Shown in pieces: positions 9,097-18,622 of a stretch of 64,000 nucleotides of DNA. The DNA comes from Azonexus sp. (lineage in GTDB: Bacteria; Pseudomonadota; Gammaproteobacteria; Burkholderiales; Rhodocyclaceae): NCBI GenBank assembly GCA_041909105.1, contig JAYREE010000005.1, positions 17,885-81,884 on the forward strand, given 5' to 3'. The notes under the pieces were generated by a model that did no database searches, was not told the origin of the DNA, and worked only from the letters and a program-made list of their open reading frames with translations. The position numbers and the translations under genes were made by a program. How positions within the stretch are numbered: position 1 is the stretch's first letter; each line of letters starts with the position of its first letter.

Positions 9097-10158
9097 ATGA
9101 AGCATAACCGCCCCACCGTGGCCGATCTGGCGGCCTACGACGAGATCATCGACGTCCGCTCCCCGGCTGAATTCGCCGACGACCACATCCCCGGCGCCAT
9201 CAATTGCCCGGTGCTCGACGATGCTCAGCGTGCCGAGGTCGGCACCATCTACAAGCAGGTATCGCCGTTCGAGGCCAAAAAGATTGGTGCCGCCCTGGTC
9301 TCCGAAAACATTGCCCGCCACCTGAAAGAACGCTTTCTCGATCGCCCTAAGCATTGGAATCCGCTGATCTACTGTTGGCGCGGCGGCGACCGCAGCGGAT
9401 CGATGACCACGATTTTTCGTGCCATTGGCTGGCCGGCCGGACAACTCGATGGCGGCTACAAGGCATATCGCCGGCATGTGATCGAACAGTTGGAAGCTCT
9501 GCCCGGCCAATTCAGTTTCCGCGTGATCTGCGGCCCCACCGGCAGCGCCAAGACCTGTATTCTGCAAGCGCTGGACCGCCTGGGCGAACAAGTGCTCGAT
9601 CTGGAAACCCTGGCTTGCCACAAGGGTTCGGTACTCGGCATTTTGCCCAACCAGCCGCAACCCACCCAGAAAACCTTCGAAACCCTGCTCTGGCAGGCCT
9701 TGAGCAAATTCGACCCGGAGCGCCCGATCTACGTCGAAGCGGAAAGCCGCAAGATCGGCCGCATGCACGTACCGGAAGCATTGATCGAACGTATTCGCAA
9801 TGGCGAATGTCTGCAGATCGACGCCACGATCGAAGCGCGGGTCGACTTCCTGCTCGACGACTACGCCTACTTTTTTAACCTGCCCGACCTACTGATCACG
9901 CAACTGGGACACCTGCGCACCCTGCTCAGTCACGAAACCCTGTTGCGTTGGCAAAACCTCGTGCACCAAGCGGAATGGCCGACCTTGGTACGTGAACTCC
10001 TGGAACAGCACTACGATCCACTCTACCGCCGTTCGCAGAACAGCCATTTCACGGGGTTACGGCAACCGCTGGTTTTTACCCCCAACAGCCTGTGCACCGC
10101 AGCGATCGACGAAGTGGCCCAACAGATCGTTCACTCGCGTACCGCGCATATCGCTTGA
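9097..10158 (+). CDS. mnmH: tRNA 2-selenouridine(34) synthase
   Basis: Rhodanese N-terminus DVRSPAEF...HIPGAIN, YCWRGGDRS, GGYKAYR, P-loop GPTGSAKT, DLETLACHKGS, VEAESRKIG. Confidence 0.93.
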   Translation: MKHNRPTVADLAAYDEIIDVRSPAEFADDHIPGAINCPVLDDAQRAEVGTIYKQVSPFEAKKIGAALVSENIARHLKERFLDRPKHWNPLIYCWRGGDRSGSMTTIFRAIGWPAGQLDGGYKAYRRHVIEQLEALPGQFSFRVICGPTGSAKTCILQALDRLGEQVLDLETLACHKGSVLGILPNQPQPTQKTFETLLWQALSKFDPERPIYVEAESRKIGRMHVPEALIERIRNGECLQIDATIEARVDFLLDDYAYFFNLPDLLITQLGHLRTLLSHETLLRWQNLVHQAEWPTLVRELLEQHYDPLYRRSQNSHFTGLRQPLVFTPNSLCTAAIDEVAQQIVHSRTAHIA

Positions 10159-10655
10159 CGCATGGCCGGTTTGGGTTCGGCCACATAGCCCTCGACGAAG
10201 GCCAGTTGGCGCAGCCCGGCCAGCGCAATGACCGCTCTGAGCTCGCCCGGTCGCAGCAGAAAATCGGGCCGCGACGGCTTGCCGTAGGTCTCATTACCGA
10301 GCATGAAGGTTTCGTAGATCAACACGCCGCCAAGTGCCAGCAAGTCCAGCAACTCGGGCAGTCGGGGCCGCCATAAATAGTTGGTAACCACGATACCGTC
10401 AAACTGGCGGCCGGCCAAAGGCCAGCCCCCCTCCTCCTCCAGTTCCAGCCTTTCCGTAGCGATACCCGGCACCCCGTGCATGGAGGCCAAGGCTTCGCCA
10501 TCCCGGTCCACCGCCGTGACCCGATACCCCTGACCGGCCAGCCAGCGGGCATGACGCCCCTGACCGCAGGCGAGATCAAGAACACGGCCGCCCGCTTTCA
10601 GCTTGGCGGCGTGTGCCGTCACCCACGGCGAAGGCGGTATCATCGTAGGATTCAT
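10131..10655 (-). CDS. Class I SAM-dependent methyltransferase (TehB-like)
   Basis: VLDLACGQGRHA SAM motif, VVTNYLWRP, GGVLIYETF, FLLRPGEL; start codon uncertain (10673, 10655 or 10643). Confidence 0.85.
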   Translation of the reverse strand: MNPTMIPPSPWVTAHAAKLKAGGRVLDLACGQGRHARWLAGQGYRVTAVDRDGEALASMHGVPGIATERLELEEEGGWPLAGRQFDGIVVTNYLWRPRLPELLDLLALGGVLIYETFMLGNETYGKPSRPDFLLRPGELRAVIALAGLRQLAFVEGYVAEPKPAMRQAICAVRE

Positions 10656-10671
10656 TTCAGGGGAGAGCGAC

Positions 10672-11079
10672 ATGTCGAGCAAGGTCATCGTGGCGGAAAA
10701 CGGACAAGGAAGATACCAGCAGCAGGTCATTGCCGGCCAGCACCAATTGATTGCCGACGAGCCGGCCAGCATGGGCGGTGCCGATGCCGGGCCGGCGCCT
10801 TTCGATTTCATCATGAGCGGCCTGGGTGCCTGCACCTCGATGACCTTGCGCATGTACGCCGAGCGCAAGGGCCTGCCGCTGGTCAAAGTCACCGTCGAAT
10901 TGGCGCATGACAAGGTGGAGATCGATGGCGTGCAACGTGACCGCATCTGCCGCAACATCACACTGGAAGGCGACCTGAGCGCTGAGCAACGCCAACGCCT
11001 GCTCGAAATCGCCAATAAATGCCCGGTGCATCGCGCCCTGGCGCAATCCATCCTGCTCGACTGTACATTGACCGGATAA
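10672..11079 (+). CDS. OsmC/YhfA family protein
   Basis: ADEP...GG.D.GPAPFD, LGACTSMTLRMYA, IANKCPVHRAL (two conserved Cys). Confidence 0.9.
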   Translation: MSSKVIVAENGQGRYQQQVIAGQHQLIADEPASMGGADAGPAPFDFIMSGLGACTSMTLRMYAERKGLPLVKVTVELAHDKVEIDGVQRDRICRNITLEGDLSAEQRQRLLEIANKCPVHRALAQSILLDCTLTG

Positions 11080-11167
11080 GCAATAACCCTTTTCCATCAA
11101 TGGCATTGACCATGGCTTTGTGGGAAAATGTGCGACTGCACAATAACAGCCTGTAAAGGGGCAAATC

Positions 11168-13876
11168 ATGCTGGAGCAGCACTATCTAACCGCGCTCTTC
11201 GAACCGAAATCGGTAGCCGTCATCGGTGCGTCAGATCGTGAAAATTCAGTCGGCAACATCATCTTCAAGAACATTCTCAGTTCGGGCTACAAGGGTCGCC
11301 TCTACGCGATCAACCCGAAGCACGAGACGATCCTCGGCCAGCAGGCCTACAAGTCGATCGAGGAAATCGGCGCCCGCGTCGAACTGGCGGTCATTGCCAC
11401 CCGCCCGCAGACCGTGCCCCACATCATCGAACAATGCGGCCGTAGCGGCGTGCGCAACGTCATCGTCATCAGCTCCGGCTTCTCCGAATCCGGCCATGTC
11501 GGCGCCGCCATCGAGCGCAAGATGCTCGAAATCGCCCGCTCCTACAACGTCCGCATCCTCGGCCCGAACTGCCTCGGCATCATTCGTCCCGACTCCGGCC
11601 TCAACGCCACTTTCGCCAAGGTCAACGCGGCACCGGGCAATCTGGCGCTGGTTTCGCAATCCGGCGCCATGTGCTCCGCGGTGCTCGACTGGGCCAAGGC
11701 CAACCAGGTCGGTTTCTCATCCGTCATTTCCATCGGCACCACGGCTGACGTCGATTTCGGCGAAATTCTCGACTACCTGATCTACGACAGCCGCACCCAC
11801 TACATCCTGATGTATGTGGAAGGCATCCGTAACGCCCGTCGCTTCATGAGCGCCCTGCGTTCGGCCGCCCGCATCAAGCCGATCATCCTGCTCAAGGCCG
11901 GTCGCCACGAGGCCGGCGCCGCCGCCACCGCCATGCACTCGGGCATGGCCGCCGTCTCCGATACCGTTTTCGATGCCGCCATCCGCCGTGCCGGCGTGGT
12001 TCGCGTGCAGAACGTCGGCCAGCTTTTCTACGCCGCCAAGGCGCTCGCTTCGAAGTTCCGGCCGCTCGGCAACCGCCTGGCCATTATCACCAATGGCGGC
12101 GGTCCCGGCGCCATGGCCGCCGACCGGGCGGGCGACATGGGGATTCCGCTGGCCGAACTCAGCAACGAAACGATGGCCGCCCTGAACAAGGTGCTGCCGC
12201 CGACCTGGTCGCACAGCAACCCAATCGACATCATGGGCGATGCGACACCGGAACGTTACCGCGAAGCCATTCTGGCCGTCACTCAGGATCCGAACGTCGA
12301 CAGCACGCTGGTCATGCTGTCGCCGCAAGCGATGACCGATCCGCTGGCCGTTGCCCAGGCGATTGTCGAAATTTCGGACAAACTGAATCGCTCCATCATC
12401 TGCTGCTGGATGGGTGAGGACCAAGTGCGTCCTGGCCGCAAGCTGCTCGAGGAAAACGGCATCCCGGCCTTCCGCATGCCGGAAACCGCCATAGAGCTGT
12501 TCCACCATATATCCAAGTACTACCGCAATCAGAAGCTGCTGCTGCAAACGCCGGAGCCCACCCGCCAGCACGACCGCCCGGAGACCGAAGGCGCCAAGAT
12601 GCTGATCGAGGCCCTGCTCGCCGAACGGCGCAAGGTGCTGTCGGAAATGGAATCGAAAGCCATCCTGCGCGCCTTCCGCGTGCCGGTGGCGCAGACCATG
12701 GTTGCCCGCACGGCAACCGAAGCCTTGCTACTGGCCGAGCAGATCGGCTTTCCGATCGCCATGAAGGTCGATTCGCCCGATTTGCCGCACAAATCCGATG
12801 TCGGCGGCGTCCGTCTGAACATCGTGAATGCGCCGGCCGTGCGCAACGCCTACCACGACATCATTGACACGGTGCAGAAGCGTCGCCCCGATGCCAAGAT
12901 CAATGGTGTTTCGATCGAGCCCTTCCTGTCCCGACCGAACGGTCGCGAACTGATGATCGGCGTCTTCCGCGATCCGATCTTCGGCCCGGTTATCACCTTC
13001 GGCGCCGGCGGTTTCGACGTCGAGATTTTCAGCGACCGCTCGGTTGCCCTGCCCCCCCTCAATCGCTTCCTGGCCAAGGATCTGATCGAGTCTACCCGAG
13101 CATCGAAGATTCTCGACCAATTCCACAACATGCCGCCAGTCGACCGTGAAGCTCTCAAGGAGGTCCTGCTCTGCATCTCGGAAATGGTCTGCGAGTTGCC
13201 ATGGATTCAGGAACTGGATCTCAACCCGCTGATCGTCGACGAAAACGGAGCCATCGCCGCCGATGCCCGGATTGTCATTGACCACGCGACCAGCGCCTCC
13301 GGTGATCGCTACGCTCACATGTCCATCTATCCTTATCCGGTCCATCTGGTCCAGGAATGGCAGATGAACGACGGCAAGGTCGTCACCATCCGCCCGATCC
13401 GGCCGGAAGACGCGGACATGGAACAGGAATTCGTCAAGAACATGTCGGACGAATCGCGCTACTACCGCTTCATGGACACCCTGCGCGAACTGACCCAGAC
13501 CATGCTAGTCCGCTTCACGCAGATCGATTACGACCGCGAAATGGCGTTAGTGGCAACCATCGCAGATGAAAGTGCAGGCGCAGAGGAAGGCAAAGACCTG
13601 CAGATCGGCGTAGCCCGTTACGTGGTCAACCCGGATGGCGAATCGGTCGAATTTGCTCTAGCGGTCGGCGATGATTGGCAAAAGTGTGGCGTCGGCCGCA
13701 AGCTGATGGCCGCCCTGATCGAATGCGCACGTATGAAAGGGTACCGCGCCGTCGTCGGCGATGTCCTGTCGACCAACTCCAAGATGTTCCGCCTGATGAC
13801 CAGCCTGGGCTTCACCATTCACCCGCACCCGGAAGACACTGCGGTCAAACGCGTGGTCAAACCGCTGACGGGCTGA
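11168..13876 (+). CDS. pat: Bifunctional acetate-CoA-ligase-like / GNAT protein lysine acetyltransferase (Pat/YfiQ type)
   Basis: CoA-binding N-terminus (PKSVAVIGAS, GPNCLG, SQSGA), ATP-grasp region (KSDVGGV, ELDLNPL) and C-terminal GNAT (IRPIRPED, RYYRF, WQKCGVGRKLM). Confidence 0.9.
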   Translation: MLEQHYLTALFEPKSVAVIGASDRENSVGNIIFKNILSSGYKGRLYAINPKHETILGQQAYKSIEEIGARVELAVIATRPQTVPHIIEQCGRSGVRNVIVISSGFSESGHVGAAIERKMLEIARSYNVRILGPNCLGIIRPDSGLNATFAKVNAAPGNLALVSQSGAMCSAVLDWAKANQVGFSSVISIGTTADVDFGEILDYLIYDSRTHYILMYVEGIRNARRFMSALRSAARIKPIILLKAGRHEAGAAATAMHSGMAAVSDTVFDAAIRRAGVVRVQNVGQLFYAAKALASKFRPLGNRLAIITNGGGPGAMAADRAGDMGIPLAELSNETMAALNKVLPPTWSHSNPIDIMGDATPERYREAILAVTQDPNVDSTLVMLSPQAMTDPLAVAQAIVEISDKLNRSIICCWMGEDQVRPGRKLLEENGIPAFRMPETAIELFHHISKYYRNQKLLLQTPEPTRQHDRPETEGAKMLIEALLAERRKVLSEMESKAILRAFRVPVAQTMVARTATEALLLAEQIGFPIAMKVDSPDLPHKSDVGGVRLNIVNAPAVRNAYHDIIDTVQKRRPDAKINGVSIEPFLSRPNGRELMIGVFRDPIFGPVITFGAGGFDVEIFSDRSVALPPLNRFLAKDLIESTRASKILDQFHNMPPVDREALKEVLLCISEMVCELPWIQELDLNPLIVDENGAIAADARIVIDHATSASGDRYAHMSIYPYPVHLVQEWQMNDGKVVTIRPIRPEDADMEQEFVKNMSDESRYYRFMDTLRELTQTMLVRFTQIDYDREMALVATIADESAGAEEGKDLQIGVARYVVNPDGESVEFALAVGDDWQKCGVGRKLMAALIECARMKGYRAVVGDVLSTNSKMFRLMTSLGFTIHPHPEDTAVKRVVKPLTG

Positions 13877-13942
13877 TGGTCGCCAGCGCCTCAATGATGG
13901 AGAGCCGATCGCAAGGTCGGCTCTTTTCTTTTACGGACAACA

Positions 13943-13969
13943 AAAAAGCCGGTCGATGACCGGCTTTTT
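13943..13969. terminator. Bidirectional intrinsic terminator
   Basis: AAAAAGCCGGTC-gat-GACCGGCTTTTT between convergent genes. Confidence 0.85.
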
Positions 13970-13988
13970 CCTGACAGCAAATTCTAGT

Positions 13989-14198
13989 TTATTCGCCGTA
14001 GAAATTAACGTCGTATGGGTACGGCTTTTGGGCAACCTTGGACTCGGCGTTACGTGCGGTCGTGTCGACCTCCTGCTTCTTGTCCCACCACAGGGCGCGG
14101 CCGGCCTTCTGGTCGGCAACCCACTCTGGGTTCTTTTCCAGTTGTTCGTTGATCCACTTCGTATGATCGGACACGTAGCTGCTATCGACGACACCCAT
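13989..14198 (-). CDS. DUF3460 family protein
   Basis: 69 aa; YVSDHTKWI...LWWDK...QKPYPY. Confidence 0.8.
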   Translation of the reverse strand: MGVVDSSYVSDHTKWINEQLEKNPEWVADQKAGRALWWDKKQEVDTTARNAESKVAQKPYPYDVNFYGE

Positions 14199-14247
14199 TT
14201 TGCGACTTTCCTCTGGCAGATTTGATTAACCGCGCGATTCTAGCATG

Positions 14248-14481
14248 TCAGTGGAAGGCGATGGGGTGACAGACGCCACGACAGTACTCGTCCAGAAAGG
14301 CATCGACATGCTCGACATCCCTGGACACAGCCGGAATCTGCTCCATCGAACGACGGAAGTGCCAGGCCATTGCACCATCAAGATAGACACTACTACAGGC
14401 CGTCTTGTCGAAAAGCTCAAACCCTTGTTGCGAGGGATAGGAGAGGACGCAGAATTGCTCACTGCTATAGATGACGTCCAT
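14248..14481 (-). CDS. DUF3567 / BTH_I0359 family protein
   Basis: MDVIYSSEQF...GFELFDK...YLDGAMAWHF...VDAFLDEY. Confidence 0.8.
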   Translation of the reverse strand: MDVIYSSEQFCVLSYPSQQGFELFDKTACSSVYLDGAMAWHFRRSMEQIPAVSRDVEHVDAFLDEYCRGVCHPIAFH

Positions 14482-14558
14482 CGCAACCCCCTGCTCGGGC
14501 ACTTGGTAATTCGGTTAACGTCACTTTCCGCCAGGACTGTAGGAAAAGGATCGTAGTG

Positions 14559-14618
14559 TTGAAAAAGATCAGCTGGCCACGAACAGCAACGAAATGCACC
14601 TTCTTTGATTACGATCAG
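14559..14618. promoter_or_regulatory. Two FNR/Dnr-like boxes
   Basis: TTGAA-aaag-ATCAG (14559-14572, 8/10) and TTGAT-tacg-ATCAG (14605-14618, 9/10) against TTGAT-N4-ATCAA, upstream of the cytochrome c/OTR cluster. Confidence 0.6.
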
Positions 14619-14749
14619 TAAAAGATTGAGCACATTGAAATATCAGCAGCGTATGATTTATTGCAACGTCGTGCTGAATCGCTTCGACACTGCATATCCC
14701 GAAGACGTACGCACGTCGAAAAATAAAAATGTCTTATACGGAGTCTGTG

Positions 14750-15142
14750 ATGAAAATGCATACGTTCGCATCAGCCGCACTAGCGGCTTCCCTCACCTTG
14801 CTCAGTGCAACAGCAAGCGCCTACGATGCCGACTGGAAGCGCGGTCGTGTCTATTACCGAAGCGTTTGTACGGCTTGCCACGCTGCACAGGCCGGAGGCT
14901 CGATTGCCCCCAGCACAATGACCAAGGCTGAATGGGCTACTTACCTGAAAGCAGACAAGCATGCCAAAGGCAAGGATTCCATGAAGCAATACGTCAGCAA
15001 GAGTTACCGGGCCAGTATCAAGGCACAAAACAAGGCGGCTGAGAAATTCGCCGATGTTCCGGACGATGAACTACTGGAAGACATCCGGGCCTTTGTCGCC
15101 AAGGGCGCCAAAGATGGCGACTCGCCGGCCAGCTGCAGTTGA
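14750..15142 (+). CDS. Periplasmic monoheme c-type cytochrome
   Basis: Signal peptide ending ASA-YD; a single CTACH; C-terminus GDSPASCS. Confidence 0.85.
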   Translation: MKMHTFASAALAASLTLLSATASAYDADWKRGRVYYRSVCTACHAAQAGGSIAPSTMTKAEWATYLKADKHAKGKDSMKQYVSKSYRASIKAQNKAAEKFADVPDDELLEDIRAFVAKGAKDGDSPASCS

Positions 15143-15209
15143 GACTCCGGCTTGCCCTGAACGTTATTCCAGTTTAATTCGACGCTGATTCAGAACTCGG
15201 GAGTTCATC

Positions 15210-16352
15210 ATGAAATCCGCACGCTTTTTCGCGGCCGCGAGCTTGTTGGCCGTCCTCATTGTTGCCCCCTTGAGCAATTACTCTCTCGCCTTGGCCGCCG
15301 ATGCCGAAATCGTTCAAGCCAAGGAAGGCTGGTATGGCAAACGCGTCGATGATGCCTTCGTCGCCCGCTACGCCATCCTGCCAAAACCCGAGGGGGTACA
15401 GATCATCGATTCACGGCCAGCAAGCCGTAAATTTGACCCCGGCCATATCCCAACGGCCATCAACATCCCGGACAGTCAATTTGACAAGTTCGCCGACCAG
15501 TTGCCGCAGGACAAGAGCACGCTGCTCATCTTCTATTGCGAAGGCTACGAGTGCATGCTCAGCCATAACTCCGCCTTCAAGGCAGAGAAGCTCGGTTATA
15601 CCAATATCAATGTGTATGCCGAAGGCTATCCTGACTGGATCAAGAAGGGTCATATGGCTGCGGTGAGCGTTCCTTTCATCAAGAAACTACTGGATGAAAA
15701 ATCCCCGATGACATTGATCGACTCGCGCCCCAAGGAGCGCAAGTATGACAAGGGTCATATTCCTGGAGCCGTCAGCTTGCCCGACACGCAATTTGACAAG
15801 CTGGCAGCCGAACGCCTCCCGGCAGACAAGAACTCTGCACTTTATTTCTACTGCGAGGGGCTGACTTGCAAGCTGAGTACCGATTCAGCCGAGAAGGCCA
15901 TCAAATTGGGCTACACCAATGTCAAGGTCGTTCCGGAAGGCTACCCGCTGTGGGCCAAGCTTTATGGCCCCGGGCCAACAGGCGAAAATGCGGCATCGGC
16001 CACGCCGGCAATCCAGCAGGGCAAGGAAACCGGCACCATCACCGTCGCCTCCTTCGAGAAGATATTCAAGGAAACCCCGGAAAGCATTCACGTCATCGAT
16101 GTACGCGAGCCGCAGGAGTTTGCCGGCGGAGCTTTCAAGGGAGCGCGCAATATTCCGATCAACACCCTGGAAAAGCGCATCGATGAACTGCCGACCGACA
16201 AACCGATCGTCTTCGTCTGCGGCGCCGGCGGGCGCAGCGGTGAAGCTGTCGACATGGTCAAGCTCTACAAGCCTGCGCTCAAGACCTACTTCATGGATGC
16301 TGACATCAAATGGTCGAAGGATGGCAGCTATACCATCGTCGAGAAGAAGTAA
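15210..16352 (+). CDS. Exported triple-rhodanese-domain sulfurtransferase
   Basis: Signal peptide; repeats IIDSRP..GHIPTA..FYCEGYEC, LIDSRP..GHIPGA..FYCEGLTC and VIDVRE..GAFKGA..FVCGAGGRS. Confidence 0.88.
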   Translation: MKSARFFAAASLLAVLIVAPLSNYSLALAADAEIVQAKEGWYGKRVDDAFVARYAILPKPEGVQIIDSRPASRKFDPGHIPTAINIPDSQFDKFADQLPQDKSTLLIFYCEGYECMLSHNSAFKAEKLGYTNINVYAEGYPDWIKKGHMAAVSVPFIKKLLDEKSPMTLIDSRPKERKYDKGHIPGAVSLPDTQFDKLAAERLPADKNSALYFYCEGLTCKLSTDSAEKAIKLGYTNVKVVPEGYPLWAKLYGPGPTGENAASATPAIQQGKETGTITVASFEKIFKETPESIHVIDVREPQEFAGGAFKGARNIPINTLEKRIDELPTDKPIVFVCGAGGRSGEAVDMVKLYKPALKTYFMDADIKWSKDGSYTIVEKK

Positions 16353-16364
16353 GCGGGGAACAAC

Positions 16365-17957
16365 ATGTTGAAAATCCATTTCCTCGCCACTCTGGCTGCC
16401 CTCGCCTTGGCCTTGCCGGGAATCGCCGCCGAAGGCAAGCCCGTCAAGATGAACAGCACGGCTGATCACACCAAGTTCAAGGAACTGCAGGGCACCTTTG
16501 CCTCCGGCCCCGAAGTCACCAAAGCCTGCCTGACCTGCCACACCGAGGCCGCGGGCCAGGTACATCGAACCAAGCACTGGACTTGGGAGTTCCTGAATCC
16601 GGCCAACCAGCAGCGCCTTGGCAAGAAAAACGTCATCAACAACTTCTGCATCTCGATACCGTCGAACTATGCTTTCTGTACCAGTTGTCACGTAGGATAT
16701 GGCTGGAAAGATGCAAATTTCGACTTCAGCGCCGAAGAGAATGTCGACTGCCTGGCCTGCCATGACACCACCGGCAGTTATAAGAAGCTGCCCGGCCTTG
16801 CCGGCCATCCCCCGGTCAAGGACACCGAAGTACCTCCTGGATCTGGCAAGATCGTCAAGGGGATCGACCTGACCAAGGTTGCTCAGAAGGTGGGCAAGAC
16901 CAGTCGCGACACCTGCGGCAGTTGCCACTTCTTCGGCGGCGGCGGTGATGGCGTCAAGCATGGAGACATGGACTCCTCGCTAGCCGCCCCCGACAGGGAA
17001 CTCGACGTGCATATGGATGCGACTGGCCTTGATTTCACTTGCGGCACCTGCCACAAGACATCGAGCCACGATGTTCCTGGAAGCCGCTACACCCCGGTTG
17101 CCGTAGACCGTGACGGAGCACACATGCGTGGCAAGGAAGACAAATCGAGTCCTGTCACCTGCCAGAGTTGCCATGGCCAGTCACCGCACAAGGGGCGTGG
17201 CCTGCCTGCCAAGCTCAACGATCATACTGACAAGGTCGCCTGCCAGACCTGCCATATCCCGGCAATTGCCCGTGGCGGCGTAGCTACGAAAATGAACTGG
17301 GACTGGTCAACTGCCGGCAAGCTATCGCCTGAAGGAAAGCCAATCCTGAAGAAAGATGAAAAAGGGCGGATCATCTACGACTCCAAGAAAGGCGATTTCA
17401 CTCTTGGTGAAAACGTCGTTCCGGAATATGCCTGGTTCAACGGTGAGGTCACCTACACCTTGCTGAACGACAAGATCGAAAATACCGAAAGCATCACCAA
17501 GATCAATGCTCTTGGCGGAAGCCCAAGCGACGGTCGCTCGATGATATGGCCCCTGAAAGTCTTCCGAGGTACACAACCCTATGATGCGGAACACCGCACA
17601 CTGGTGACACCGCACACCGCGGGCAACGACGACACCGCCTATTGGAAGAATTTCGGCTGGGAAAAGGCGATCGAATCGGGAATGAAGGTCTCGGGAGCCC
17701 CATTCTCCGGCAAGGTGGGATTCATCAAGACCGAGATGTCATGGCCAATTACGCACATGGTCGCCCCCAAGGAAAAGGCTCTTGGCTGCAACGAATGTCA
17801 CGCCAAGGGGGGGCGCCTGGAAAAGGTCGCCGGCATCTACATCCCTGGTCGCGATGGCCATCCTCTGGTTAACACCTTGGGCTGGTTGGCCGCTGGTGGA
17901 CTCCTGTGTGGCGTTTCGCTGCATGGTCTGATCCGCTTCCTGCGTCGCAAGCAATGA
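16365..17957 (+). CDS. otr: Octaheme c-type cytochrome, tetrathionate reductase (OTR) family, with C-terminal membrane anchor
   Basis: Eight CxxCH motifs (CLTCH, CTSCH, CLACH, CGSCH, CGTCH, CQSCH, CQTCH, CNECH); GPEVTKAC, HWTWE, GKKNVINNFC, ITHMVAPKEKAL; signal peptide and C-terminal TM helix. Confidence 0.92.
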   Translation: MLKIHFLATLAALALALPGIAAEGKPVKMNSTADHTKFKELQGTFASGPEVTKACLTCHTEAAGQVHRTKHWTWEFLNPANQQRLGKKNVINNFCISIPSNYAFCTSCHVGYGWKDANFDFSAEENVDCLACHDTTGSYKKLPGLAGHPPVKDTEVPPGSGKIVKGIDLTKVAQKVGKTSRDTCGSCHFFGGGGDGVKHGDMDSSLAAPDRELDVHMDATGLDFTCGTCHKTSSHDVPGSRYTPVAVDRDGAHMRGKEDKSSPVTCQSCHGQSPHKGRGLPAKLNDHTDKVACQTCHIPAIARGGVATKMNWDWSTAGKLSPEGKPILKKDEKGRIIYDSKKGDFTLGENVVPEYAWFNGEVTYTLLNDKIENTESITKINALGGSPSDGRSMIWPLKVFRGTQPYDAEHRTLVTPHTAGNDDTAYWKNFGWEKAIESGMKVSGAPFSGKVGFIKTEMSWPITHMVAPKEKALGCNECHAKGGRLEKVAGIYIPGRDGHPLVNTLGWLAAGGLLCGVSLHGLIRFLRRKQ

Positions 17958-17969
17958 ATGGTGGTCATC

Positions 17970-18584
17970 ATGGAACGAATCTACATTTTCACGCGATTTG
18001 AACGTTTCTGGCACTGGACGCAGGCGCTGCTCATTATCGGCATGCTGTTCACGGGCTTTGAAATCCATGGCAGCTTCTATGCGCTCGGCTTCAAGACGGC
18101 ACATCAGGTGCATACCGTTGCAGCATGGGCACTGATCACCCTGTGGGTATTCGCCATCTTCTGGCATTTCACGACAGGCGAATGGCGACAATACATTCCG
18201 ACGATGCAGGGAGTTGACAAGATCATCCGGCACTACGCCTGGGGAATCTTCAAGGGAGAACCACATCCCTTCAAGGTGACCCGTGCGCACAAGCACAACC
18301 CGATGCAAGCTCAGGCCTATCTGGGCGTCAAGGTACTGATTAATCCCCTGATCTGGATCTCCGGGCTGGCCTACCTCTTCTACAACGAACTGGCCGCCTC
18401 GGGATATCCCATTGAGCTAGGTACTATCGCACTTGCACACACAGTCGGAGCATTTCTGATGCTGGCTTTTCTCATCGTTCACGTTTATCTGATCACCACG
18501 GGCCATACGCTGACTGCACATCTGAAAGCAATGATCACCGGTTGGGACGAAGTGGAGAACGCGAGCGAAAAATCCTGCAACTGA
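17970..18584 (+). CDS. Cytochrome b/b6 domain membrane subunit (PhsC/HyaC-like quinol-interacting partner)
   Basis: FERFWHWTQA, TGFEIHG, HQVHT, WHFTTGEWRQY, KHNPMQ, LAHTVGAF, VHVYL; alternative start at 17958. Confidence 0.9.
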   Translation: MERIYIFTRFERFWHWTQALLIIGMLFTGFEIHGSFYALGFKTAHQVHTVAAWALITLWVFAIFWHFTTGEWRQYIPTMQGVDKIIRHYAWGIFKGEPHPFKVTRAHKHNPMQAQAYLGVKVLINPLIWISGLAYLFYNELAASGYPIELGTIALAHTVGAFLMLAFLIVHVYLITTGHTLTAHLKAMITGWDEVENASEKSCN

Positions 18585-18596
18585 TGTCGCAATAGC

Positions 18597-18622
18597 ACCG
18601 GGTGCCCGAGAGCACCCGGTTT
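18597..18622 (+). terminator. Hairpin, possible weak terminator or mRNA-processing stem, between cytochrome b and rquA
   Basis: ACCGGGTGC-ccgaga-GCACCCGGT followed by only TT. Confidence 0.4.

Noticed and set aside
11168-13876. Functional clustering of the Pat acetyltransferase with acs
   Set aside because: Pat acetylation of Acs is established, but the genes are about 50 kb apart with unrelated genes between, so co-location in this window is not evidence of anything.
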